Of a stretch of 64,000 bases of DNA, positions 28,982-37,100 are shown in pieces. The notes under the pieces are model-generated. The model did no database searches, was not told where the DNA came from, and saw nothing but the letters and a program-made list of their open reading frames with translations. Positions within the stretch are counted from its first letter, which is position 1; the number at the start of each line of letters is the position of its first letter. The DNA is from Candidatus Rokuibacteriota bacterium. GTDB taxonomy: Bacteria; Methylomirabilota; Methylomirabilia; Rokubacteriales; DASRDR01. The stretch is taken from NCBI GenBank assembly GCA_044866005.1, contig JBIOTN010000175.1, positions 15,261-79,260 of the forward strand. Reading direction: 5' to 3'. Position numbers and translations under genes: made by a program.

Positions 28982-30222
28982 GCCGCGCCCTTCGTCCTGG
29001 GCACGGCGCGCGGCCAGACCTGGGTGGCGGCGCGCGTCCGGTGAAGCTCCTGGTAGAACGCGCTCAGACGCTCTCCGATCGCCTCCCACCGGTAGCGGCG
29101 CTCGACCAGCTCGCGCCCGCGGGCGCCGAGCCCGGCCCGCAGCGCCGGGTCGCGAAGGCAGCGCACGACCGCGCCGGCGAACTCCGCGGGTCGGTCGGCG
29201 ACGAGCACATCCGAGCCGGGGGTGAGCTCGATCCCCTCGCAGCCGAGGGACGTCGTGACGACCGCGCACCCGGCGGCCAGGGCCTCGAGGATCTTGAGCC
29301 GCGTCCCGCCGCCCACGCGGAGCGGCACCACGAAGACCGCCGCCTGGCGCATCCACGGGCGCACGTCCGCGACCGTCCCGGTGACGAGGACGCCGTCGCC
29401 CTGGAGCCTGCGCACCCGGTCCGGCGGGTCCTTGCCGACCACCGCGAACGTCGCCTCGGGCACGGCGGCCCGGATGCGGGGCAGGATGTCCGCGCAGAAA
29501 TGGAGCACGGCGTCACTGTTCGGCTGATAGTCGATGGCCCCGGTGAAGACGATGCGCGCGGGATCCTCGGCGTCGCCGGTGGCGCGGGGCACGAAGTAGG
29601 CCGTGTCCACGCCGTTCGGGACCACGCGGATGGGGATCCCGGGCACATCATGCGCGAGCGCCGCGCGGTCGACATCCGACGTGGTGAGGATCGCGTCCAC
29701 CCGGCGGCAGGCGCCGAGCTCGTCGCGCCGGAGCTTCCGGCTCTGGACGCGGTTGTAGAGGCGACGGAGCGGCCCGCGCTCCTGTCGCCACGTCCGCTCG
29801 AGCAGCCGGTATTCGACGTTGTGCTCGTCGAGCACCGTGAGGACGGTGTCCGGCCGGCGGTAGTAGCCGGCCATGTCGCCGAACTCGAGCTGGACCACGT
29901 CGAACCGGTGGCGCGCGAGCAGCGCGGTCAGCGTCGCGGCCATCTGCGGCGAGTAGTTGGCGTGGTAGGCGTAGGCGCGTCCCACGAGCGATCTCAGCTG
30001 ATGGAGCCGCTTCCACCGGGCCCCCGCCGGATAGTCCACGGTGTGGACGGCGATGCCCATCTCCCGGAGCGGGCCGAGGCTGGCGCGTTCCTCGGACGAG
30101 GCGAAGCAGAGGAGCGTGACCCGGTGCGCGGCGGCGAGGACGCGGACGAGGTGGAAGATGCGGGCGGCGCCCCCGAACCGAGGCGGGTAGGGCGGGTATG
30201 GCGCGAGGACCAGGATCTCCAC
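28978..30222 (-). CDS. GT4 glycosyltransferase
   Basis: DEHNVE, VPNGVD and GGGTRLKILEALAAG..GCEG motifs. Confidence 0.92.
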   Translation of the reverse strand: MEILVLAPYPPYPPRFGGAARIFHLVRVLAAAHRVTLLCFASSEERASLGPLREMGIAVHTVDYPAGARWKRLHQLRSLVGRAYAYHANYSPQMAATLTALLARHRFDVVQLEFGDMAGYYRRPDTVLTVLDEHNVEYRLLERTWRQERGPLRRLYNRVQSRKLRRDELGACRRVDAILTTSDVDRAALAHDVPGIPIRVVPNGVDTAYFVPRATGDAEDPARIVFTGAIDYQPNSDAVLHFCADILPRIRAAVPEATFAVVGKDPPDRVRRLQGDGVLVTGTVADVRPWMRQAAVFVVPLRVGGGTRLKILEALAAGCAVVTTSLGCEGIELTPGSDVLVADRPAEFAGAVVRCLRDPALRAGLGARGRELVERRYRWEAIGERLSAFYQELHRTRAATQVWPRAVPRTKGAA

Positions 30223-30227
30223 GGGGC

Positions 30228-30419
30228 TCAGCGCGAGCCCATGAGGAGGCTGCGCAGCTGGTCGAACGGACCTCCCGAGGTGCCGTGCCAGCTCAGGAAC
30301 TCGCCGGCGACGGCGGCCCCGATGAGGAAGATCAGGAGGAGCTGGACCACGGGCGTGATGCGGCGGACGACCTTCCCGATCACCAGCGCCGCGGCGAGGA
30401 TCACCAGAAGCGCGGTCAT
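30228..30419 (-). CDS. Small two-TM membrane protein
   Basis: 63-aa hydrophobic ORF directly behind a sigma54 site and abutting the GT4 gene. Confidence 0.6.
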   Translation of the reverse strand: MTALLVILAAALVIGKVVRRITPVVQLLLIFLIGAAVAGEFLSWHGTSGGPFDQLRSLLMGSR

Positions 30420-30432
30420 GCCCCGGGACAGA

Positions 30433-30447
30433 GCAATTGTCTTGCCA
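30433..30447 (-). promoter_or_regulatory. Sigma54 promoter
   Basis: TGGCAAGACAATTGC, ending 14 nt from ATG 30419. Confidence 0.75.
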
Positions 30448-30562
30448 GGGCCCCGGGCCCCGCGGCGACGGGACGGCCGTCCGACCCCCGCGGGAAGGCG
30501 TGGGCGCCCCGGACCCGGCCGCGCCCGCCTCGCCCCGACCTGGGCGCCCGCCGGATGAAATA

Positions 30563-30582
30563 GTTGCCGGGGCTCGGGAAAA
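30563..30582. promoter_or_regulatory. Degenerate copy of the UAS palindrome
   Basis: GTTGCcggggctcggGAAAA with AT-rich flanks, between divergent sigma54 sites. Confidence 0.45.
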
Positions 30583-30654
30583 AGTTGGCCCGGGCGGACC
30601 GTCCACGGCTCGTCGCTCCCCCGACCGGTACGCCGTGACGCCGTGTTTCTCTCA

Positions 30655-30669
30655 TGGTATCCCGTTTGC
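30655..30669 (+). promoter_or_regulatory. Sigma54 promoter
   Basis: TGGTATCCCGTTTGC, 15 nt before ATG 30685. Confidence 0.65.
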
Positions 30670-30684
30670 TGGAAGCCAGACAGG

Positions 30685-31734
30685 ATGATCGCGCTGACCG
30701 AGGGCGTACGCGGGTGTCTCGCCGAGGTCGGAGAGGCGCTCGACGATGGCCTGCTGCTCGTCGATCAGCAGGGTACGATCCACTTCTCCAACCGCACCGC
30801 TCGCAACCTCCTCGACCTCCCGGCCGACCGCTCGACGCTCGAGGCCGCGACCCAGTGGAAGAACGAGCTGATGGAGCTCCTGCGGCGACTGCCGACCGAG
30901 GGCGCGGCCACCGAGGTGCACCTCGGGAGCGCCGTCCCGCTCGTGCTCGAGGGCCACGCCGTGGAGGCCGACGGCGCCTTCTGGGGTGGCGTCTTCGTCG
31001 CCCGCTCCGCCGCCGGCCGCCGCCGCGACCTCGACTCGAACCGCGCGGGCGAGTTCGCCCACGAGGTGAAGAACTCCCTCCACTCGCTGCTCCTCAACCT
31101 CTACATGCTGCGAAAGTGGGCCGCCTCCCTGGCCTTCGTGGAGACCCAGACCCTCGGGAAGTTCGACCTGCTCTCGAACGAGGTCCACCGCCTGAACAAC
31201 CTCGCCGAAGACTTCCTCCCCGACGCGCGCACGATGCGCGTGCGCCGCGACACCGTGCGGCTTCCGCAGCTCCTCGCCGAGGTCATGGGCCTGGTGACCG
31301 CGGAGGCCCGCGACGCCTGCGTCGAGATCCGCTACCGGGTGCCCGGCGAGCTGCCGCCGCTCCAGGGCGACGCGCGGCTCCTCAAGGACGCCTTCCTGAA
31401 CCTGCTGCTCAACCGGCTCCAGGTCATGCAGGGCGGCGAGCTCGAGATCCTCGCCGGACAGGGCGGGAAGCACGTCTTCGTGATGGTGAGCGACAACGGT
31501 CCCGCCATCCCGTTCGGGCTGCGGGACTCGCTCGTCGGCGAAGGGCTGCCCGGCCGCGCGGGCGCGAGCAGCCGCGGTCTCGGGATGACCGAGTGGGTGG
31601 TCCGTGGCCACGGCGGGAGCTGCGAGACGTTCAGCGCCGCCGGCCTGGGGACGACGTTCGTCCTGAAGCTCCCGCTCGCCGGGACGCCGCCCGGCGTCGC
31701 CGACGCCGACGTCGGCTTGATCCGAGAAGCCTGA
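30685..31734 (+). CDS. PAS-domain histidine kinase with a degenerate ATPase domain
   Basis: PAS-like DGLLLVD..N; H-box FAHEVKNSL; NLLLN; DNGPAI; GTTF. Confidence 0.8.
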   Translation: MIALTEGVRGCLAEVGEALDDGLLLVDQQGTIHFSNRTARNLLDLPADRSTLEAATQWKNELMELLRRLPTEGAATEVHLGSAVPLVLEGHAVEADGAFWGGVFVARSAAGRRRDLDSNRAGEFAHEVKNSLHSLLLNLYMLRKWAASLAFVETQTLGKFDLLSNEVHRLNNLAEDFLPDARTMRVRRDTVRLPQLLAEVMGLVTAEARDACVEIRYRVPGELPPLQGDARLLKDAFLNLLLNRLQVMQGGELEILAGQGGKHVFVMVSDNGPAIPFGLRDSLVGEGLPGRAGASSRGLGMTEWVVRGHGGSCETFSAAGLGTTFVLKLPLAGTPPGVADADVGLIREA

Positions 31735-31778
31735 GGCGGCCCCGCCCCGGCGCGCGCGCCGGGGCGACGGCGACCGCG

Positions 31779-32567
31779 TCAGTCGGCCAGCAGGCGGGCC
31801 AGCCCCTTGTCGCGGAGGAAGCGGCGGATCTCCGAGGCCGGGACGACGAACGTCTCCCCCGGCATCGGCACGTCGAACGAATAGGCGTTCCCCGCGAGCT
31901 GCAGCGACACGGTGGCGGTGCGGTAGCCCTCCACGATCCCGATGAGCCGTCCCCGACGCACCTGGAAGACGCCGCCGCCACTCGAGCCGTAGCCCACCGG
32001 CGCATCCACCTTCAGGAGCGGCTCGGATTGCTCGCCCTCCGCGGCGCTCACCGCGCCGAGCTGGCTCACGATCCCGCTGGAGACCGACAGCCCGCGGCCG
32101 AACGGCGAGCCGACGACGACCACGTCGTCGCCGAGCCGGAGGTGCTCCTCGCGATCGAAGCGCGCCGCCGGCAGCCGGATCCCGTCGAGCCGCACGACGG
32201 CGAGGTCCGTCCCTTCGTCGATCGCCTCGACCGCGGCGGGGGCGCGGTGGAGGGCCTGGTCCGGGCCGTGATAGCGGACGGTCAGGCGCGCGGCCTCCGC
32301 CGGCGTCCCGAGGACGACATGCCCGCTGGTGACGATGTAGCTGGCGGCCGTGGCGCTTCGCCGGGGTTCGGCGCCGGAGCCCACGACGACGCCGCTCGCG
32401 ACGCGGATCGGCGCGTCGTCCCGCTCGTAGACGAGCTGGACCATCGACGGCATGACCTGCTGGACGACGTCGGACTTGTTTGCAGGCGGCGGCGTGCGCT
32501 GGACGGCACAGCTCGAGACGATGACGAGCGCGAGAGAGACGGCGGCGGATCGGAATGTGTTCGTCAT
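31779..32567 (-). CDS. Trypsin-like serine protease lipoprotein
   Basis: Lipobox VSSC; catalytic triad TSGHVV, TDLAV and GSSGG. Confidence 0.88.
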   Translation of the reverse strand: MTNTFRSAAVSLALVIVSSCAVQRTPPPANKSDVVQQVMPSMVQLVYERDDAPIRVASGVVVGSGAEPRRSATAASYIVTSGHVVLGTPAEAARLTVRYHGPDQALHRAPAAVEAIDEGTDLAVVRLDGIRLPAARFDREEHLRLGDDVVVVGSPFGRGLSVSSGIVSQLGAVSAAEGEQSEPLLKVDAPVGYGSSGGGVFQVRRGRLIGIVEGYRTATVSLQLAGNAYSFDVPMPGETFVVPASEIRRFLRDKGLARLLAD

Positions 32568-32698
32568 GGCGCCCGATGGTAACCGGCGGCCGGGGCGATG
32601 ACCATCGGGTGATCACCGGAGGGAAAAGCGCGAGGGGCGACGCCCCGAGACGCCGCCCCTCGAGCCTGCGAGGTGCTGCGAGGTGAAGGATCGACGCC

Positions 32699-33310
32699 CT
32701 ACTGCTTCTCGGCCTCGATCACGGTGACGAAGTTCTCGCCGTTCCTCACCTCGTACGCCGCCTTGACCTTCGCCCCTTCGCGGAGCTCGATCATGGTGGC
32801 CTTCTTGCAGTCCACGAGGATGCTCGAGCTCGGGTCGAGCTTGAGCTTCACGTTCTGGATCTCGAAGCTGCGGCCGCTCGGGTCGAGATTCTTGATCTCG
32901 CCCTCGACCCGCTGGGTCCCCGCCGAGCCGCTCGCGCTGCCCGTGGTCCCCGCGCCGCCGCTCACCGAGGGGTAGCTGCTGCTGGATCCCGCCGAGCCGC
33001 TCGCGCTGCCCGTGGTCCCCGCGCCGCCGCTCACCGACGGCGAGGTACTCCCGGCGCCGGACGCGCCGGCCCCGCTCGTCCCGCTCGACCCCATGGCCGC
33101 GCTCGACGGGCAGTCGATCGTTGCCATGTGTCCTCCGGCCGATCCGGACGCGCCGCCGCTCTGCGAGGCCCCGACCCCGCCACTCGAGCCCGGCGACTGG
33201 GCCGGACTCGGGGCGGGTGGCGACGTCGGCCCGGTCTGCTGCGCCCCGGACAGGGAAGCGACGCCTACCATCAGCCCGAGCACGAGGGTTACGGCCACGA
33301 GTTGTTTCAT
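32699..33310 (-). CDS. Secreted protein with a Gly/Ser low-complexity linker and a C-terminal OB-like (DUF5666-like) domain
   Basis: Signal peptide MKQLVAV..GA; VEGEIK..LREGAKVKAAYE; GGAGG-type RBS. Confidence 0.7.
   Translation of the reverse strand: MKQLVAVTLVLGLMVGVASLSGAQQTGPTSPPAPSPAQSPGSSGGVGASQSGGASGSAGGHMATIDCPSSAAMGSSGTSGAGASGAGSTSPSVSGGAGTTGSASGSAGSSSSYPSVSGGAGTTGSASGSAGTQRVEGEIKNLDPSGRSFEIQNVKLKLDPSSSILVDCKKATMIELREGAKVKAAYEVRNGENFVTVIEAEKQ
32919..33037. repeat. Intragenic 50-bp exact direct repeat (69-bp period)
   Basis: 32919-32968 is identical to 32988-33037 and encodes SVSGGAGTTGSASGSAG twice. Confidence 0.9.
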
Positions 33311-33402
33311 CTCGAAGCTCCTTTCTTCCACCTCCCGCGGGAGCATCCATGCAGGCGAGAGTGCCGCGACGACACTGCCGCGGAACCGGCGTCTCCCAGG
33401 GT

Positions 33403-33417
33403 GCAAAGCCGGTACCG
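33403..33417 (-). promoter_or_regulatory. Possible sigma54 promoter
   Basis: CGGTACCGGCTTTGC(A), GG-N10-GC, about 90 nt upstream of ATG 33310. Confidence 0.4.
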
Positions 33418-33606
33418 GCAGACCGTCGCGGCGAAGCCGTCGATCCCGCGCGGGATTCCCCCGGGCGGGTCCGCGCACCCTGATGCCGGGTCATACACCG
33501 GCAGACCGGGCCCGACACCGCCCGGGGGACGAGGACGTCCGGGCGGCTGCCGTTGACCCCGACCCGCGCGAAATGCTTTGATGGCGGAGGCCAGCGAGGG
33601 GGATCC

Positions 33607-33828
33607 GTGCTCGACGCCGTCACGCTGAAGGAGATCGAGGCCATCTTCGCGGTCACCGACGCGCTGGGGATTTCGCGCGAGGCGCTCGTGATCCCGCTCG
33701 CCCCCGGTCGGCCGGGCCGCGTGCGGCGTCTGCCGAGCGGCAAGCTCGAGATCGTGGTCGACGCGGACGTGCCGCTCGCCGAGTGGCTGACGGGGCTTCC
33801 CGCCCTGATCGACGCGGCGCGGGCGTGA
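33607..33828 (+). CDS. Small hypothetical protein coupled to addB
   Basis: GTG after a G-rich RBS, typical codon bias, and a stop overlapping the addB GTG. Confidence 0.7.
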   Translation: MLDAVTLKEIEAIFAVTDALGISREALVIPLAPGRPGRVRRLPSGKLEIVVDADVPLAEWLTGLPALIDAARA

Positions 33829-36800
33829 ACCGCCCCGCCCGCCGCGCCGCGCGCGGGCCCGAGCCGCGCCACCCGTCCCGGACGGAGGCCTCGACGCGGA
33901 GCGTTGCGGCCCTGCCGGCGAAGACGGCGTGGACCGGGCCGTTCCAGCCCGTGCTCGAGGCGGCCTGGCTCGACGCGCTCCGCGCGGTGCGCGCGCGCGA
34001 TCCGCTGGGCGCCGTCTGGCTGCTGGTGCCCTCGCGCTTCCTCGGTCTCCACCTGGCGCGGCTCGCCGCGCGCGCCGGCGGCGCCGTCAACGTCCACGTC
34101 CTCACCTTCACCGACCTGGCCGACCGCCTCCTCGCATCCGCCACCCGGCCGCTCCGCCGCCTCCCCGAGGTGGGGGACGTGCTCGTCCTGCGCCAGGCCC
34201 TCCGCGCCGTCGTCCGCGACGACGGCTACTTCGCCGCCGTTCGCGAGGCGCGACGCTTCCCCGCGCTCCTGGCCGCCACGCTGGCCGAGCTGCGCACGGC
34301 AGGGGTCGCGCCCGACGACCTCGAGGCCGCCGCCGCGAAGGCCGTGACCGTCGCCGGCGCGGCGAAGCTCCGTGAGGTCGCGCAGATCGCGCGCCACGCG
34401 GCCGAACTGCTCGGCGCCGGCGGGTTCACGCACCCCACGGACGCCCTCTGGGCCGCGGCCGAGCGCGCGCCGAGGGCGCCGGCGCTCGAGGGCTGCGCGG
34501 CCCTCCTGGTGTACGGGTTCGTGGACTGGAACGCGGCCGAGCGCGCCCTGCTCGCCCGCCTCGTCGCGCGACTCCCCGGCGTCTGCTTCGTGCCCGCGGA
34601 GCCCGGTCCGGCCTTCGCCCCGCTCGAGCCGCTCCTCGCCTGGCTCGCCGACCAGGGGTTCACCATCGAGCCTCCGCCGACCGCGCCCCCGCCGCGCGGG
34701 CCACGGGCCCTCGCCGCGCGCCTCTTCCACGAGGCCGGGACCGCGCCGCCGGCGCCCGATCCGGTCACGGGGCTCGAGGTGATCGCGGCGCCCGGCGAGG
34801 AACGCGAGGTCCGCGAGATCGCGCGCCGCATCCTCGCGGCCGCGGCCGAGGGGATCCCGTTCGACGCGATGGGCATCCTCGTGCGACGCCCCGACGACTA
34901 CCGCAGCGCGATCCGCGACGTCTTCGCCGTGGCGGGCATCCCCTACACCTGGGGCGTGGCGCCGCGCCTGGGCGAGACGCGCGCCGGGCGGAGCCTGCGA
35001 CTCCTGCTCCTGGCACGGCGCGACGGCTTCGGGCGCGCGGCGGTCATGGAGTTCCTGGCGACAGCCGAGCTGCGGGCCGGCGAGGGGGTGGAGCCGGCCG
35101 AGTGGGACCGGCTGTCGCGCGAGGCGGGGATCGTCGCCGGCCGCGAGGACTGGCGGCGCGGGCTCGGGCGCCTCCGTCACCGGCTCGCGACGGCGCCGCC
35201 GCCGGCCGATGACGAGGACCGCGTGGCGCCCCCGCCGCCCGACGCGACGGCGGTGGACGCCCTCGGCCGCATCGTCGGAACGCTCCTCGACGCGCTCGCG
35301 ACGCTGTCCGACCCGGCCCCCGCGGCCACGCTCGCGCGCGGCCTCCTCCGGGCCTTCCTCCGCTTGTGCCGGCGCGACCACGATGTCGAGCAGGTCGCCG
35401 CCGGGCTGGCCGGCTTCGAGGCGCTCGCCCCGCTCGCAGAGCCCATCTCGCTCGACGAGTTCGCGGACCTCGTGGACGTGGCGCTCGCGCTCCCCGCCGA
35501 GCCGGGACCCGAGGCCCGCCAGGGCAAGGTCTTCGTCGGCGAGCTCCACCAGGCGCTCGGGTTGCCCTTCCGCTTCGTCGTGATCCCCGGGCTCGTGGAG
35601 CAGGGCTTCCCCGCCGCGCCCCGGCCGGACCCCATCCTCGCCGAGGACGAGCGCGCGACGCTCGACGCGCAGGTCCCGGGCGGACGGCCCGGCCTCGGCG
35701 CCGCGGCCCGCCGGCCGGCCGAGGAGCGCCTCGCCTTCCGGCTCGCGGTCGCGGCGGCGGAGGAGCGACTCCTCCTCACCTACCCGCGGGTCGAGGTGCC
35801 GTCCGGGCGGCCGCGCGTCCCGTCCTTCTTCCTCCTGCGGCTCGCGGAGGCCGCGACGGGACGGCCCTTCGACTTCTCGCGCCTGGAGACGGAATGGCCC
35901 GCGTTCCGCCGCGTCGCGCTCGCGCCGGCGCCGCGCGAAGCGATCGCCGCGCCCATCGACGAGCGCGAGTGGCTGCTCGCGCAGGCGAGCCGCGGCCGGG
36001 AGGGCGGCGCGCGGGGGCGCGCGGCCTGCCTGGCGCTCTCGCCGCGCGCGGCGCGGGGCCGCGTCGTGCTCGAGGCGCGCGAGCACGGCCTCGTCGTCAG
36101 CCCCTGGGACGGCCTCCTGCCCGCCGAGCTTCGCCCGGCGCTGGCGCGTCACCACCGCCCCGCGGAGGCGCCGGTAGCCGCGACGCCGCTCGAGACCTAC
36201 GCGACGTGCCCCTTTCGCTACTACCTCGCGCACGTGCTGGGCCTGGCCCCCGCACGCGAGCCCGAACGGCTGCTCACGCTGCCTCCGGCCGACCGCGGCC
36301 GGCTGCTCCACACGGTCCTCGCCCGCGCTTACGCCGCGTTCCGCGACGGGGGCCTCCTGCCGCTCACCCCCGAACGCCTGCCCGAGGCGCGGCCGATCGT
36401 CGAGCGCGCCTTCGACGAGGCCGAAGCCGCCCTCGGCGCGCTCGGTCTGGCGCCCTTCTGGCAGGGCGAGCGCGCGCGGCTCCGCGCCGACGTCCTCGCC
36501 GCGCTCGAAGCCGAGGCGCGCGCCACGGCGGATGGCGTCGGCTGGGTCCCCAGCGAGTTCGAGCTCGCCTTCGGCGCGGGTCCGGAGCCGGGGGTCGAGC
36601 ACCGGCTGGCGAGCGGCCGCGTCCTCGGCTTCCGCGGGCGCCTGGACCGACTCGACGTCTCGGCCGACGGGACGCGCGCGCGGGTCATCGACTACAAGTC
36701 CGGCCGGGCGCGCGGCGCCGCCGGGAAGCTCGCCGGCGGGACCGCGCTGCAGCTGCCGATCTATCGCCTCGCCGCGGAGGCGATCTGCGAGGCCCGCGGG

Positions 36801-37100
36801 CTCGGCGCGCGCGTCGAGCGGGCGGAGTACTACTTCCTCACGCGTCGGGGCGGGCGCCGGCACGTGCCCTTCGGCCTCGAGGACTGGCAGGCACGCCGCG
36901 CGGACTTCGACCGCGCGCTGGAGGCGGTCCTGGACGGCATCGCGGCCGGGCGTTTCTTTCAGGAGCCGAGCGCCGAGAGCTGTCGCGCCTGCGACTACCC
37001 GGTCGCGTGCGGGCCGGAGCGGGAGCGCATCGCCTGGGTCGAGCAGAAGCGCGCCGATCCCGTCCGGGAGCCGTTCGCGCGCCTCCGGGAGATCCAGTGA
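33825..37100 (+). CDS. addB: ATP-dependent helicase/nuclease subunit B-like (PD-(D/E)XK nuclease with Fe-S staple)
   Basis: LLVPS; CPFRY; RGRLDRLD..VIDYKSG..LQLPIY; CRACDYPVAC. Confidence 0.85.
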   Translation: MNRPARRAARGPEPRHPSRTEASTRSVAALPAKTAWTGPFQPVLEAAWLDALRAVRARDPLGAVWLLVPSRFLGLHLARLAARAGGAVNVHVLTFTDLADRLLASATRPLRRLPEVGDVLVLRQALRAVVRDDGYFAAVREARRFPALLAATLAELRTAGVAPDDLEAAAAKAVTVAGAAKLREVAQIARHAAELLGAGGFTHPTDALWAAAERAPRAPALEGCAALLVYGFVDWNAAERALLARLVARLPGVCFVPAEPGPAFAPLEPLLAWLADQGFTIEPPPTAPPPRGPRALAARLFHEAGTAPPAPDPVTGLEVIAAPGEEREVREIARRILAAAAEGIPFDAMGILVRRPDDYRSAIRDVFAVAGIPYTWGVAPRLGETRAGRSLRLLLLARRDGFGRAAVMEFLATAELRAGEGVEPAEWDRLSREAGIVAGREDWRRGLGRLRHRLATAPPPADDEDRVAPPPPDATAVDALGRIVGTLLDALATLSDPAPAATLARGLLRAFLRLCRRDHDVEQVAAGLAGFEALAPLAEPISLDEFADLVDVALALPAEPGPEARQGKVFVGELHQALGLPFRFVVIPGLVEQGFPAAPRPDPILAEDERATLDAQVPGGRPGLGAAARRPAEERLAFRLAVAAAEERLLLTYPRVEVPSGRPRVPSFFLLRLAEAATGRPFDFSRLETEWPAFRRVALAPAPREAIAAPIDEREWLLAQASRGREGGARGRAACLALSPRAARGRVVLEAREHGLVVSPWDGLLPAELRPALARHHRPAEAPVAATPLETYATCPFRYYLAHVLGLAPAREPERLLTLPPADRGRLLHTVLARAYAAFRDGGLLPLTPERLPEARPIVERAFDEAEAALGALGLAPFWQGERARLRADVLAALEAEARATADGVGWVPSEFELAFGAGPEPGVEHRLASGRVLGFRGRLDRLDVSADGTRARVIDYKSGRARGAAGKLAGGTALQLPIYRLAAEAICEARGLGARVERAEYYFLTRRGGRRHVPFGLEDWQARRADFDRALEAVLDGIAAGRFFQEPSAESCRACDYPVACGPERERIAWVEQKRADPVREPFARLREIQ

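Noticed and set aside
10671..31734. PEP-CTERM/exosortase (PrsK-PrsR) system
   Set aside because: No exosortase or PEP-CTERM protein is visible, and the kinase lacks the PrsK transmembrane region.
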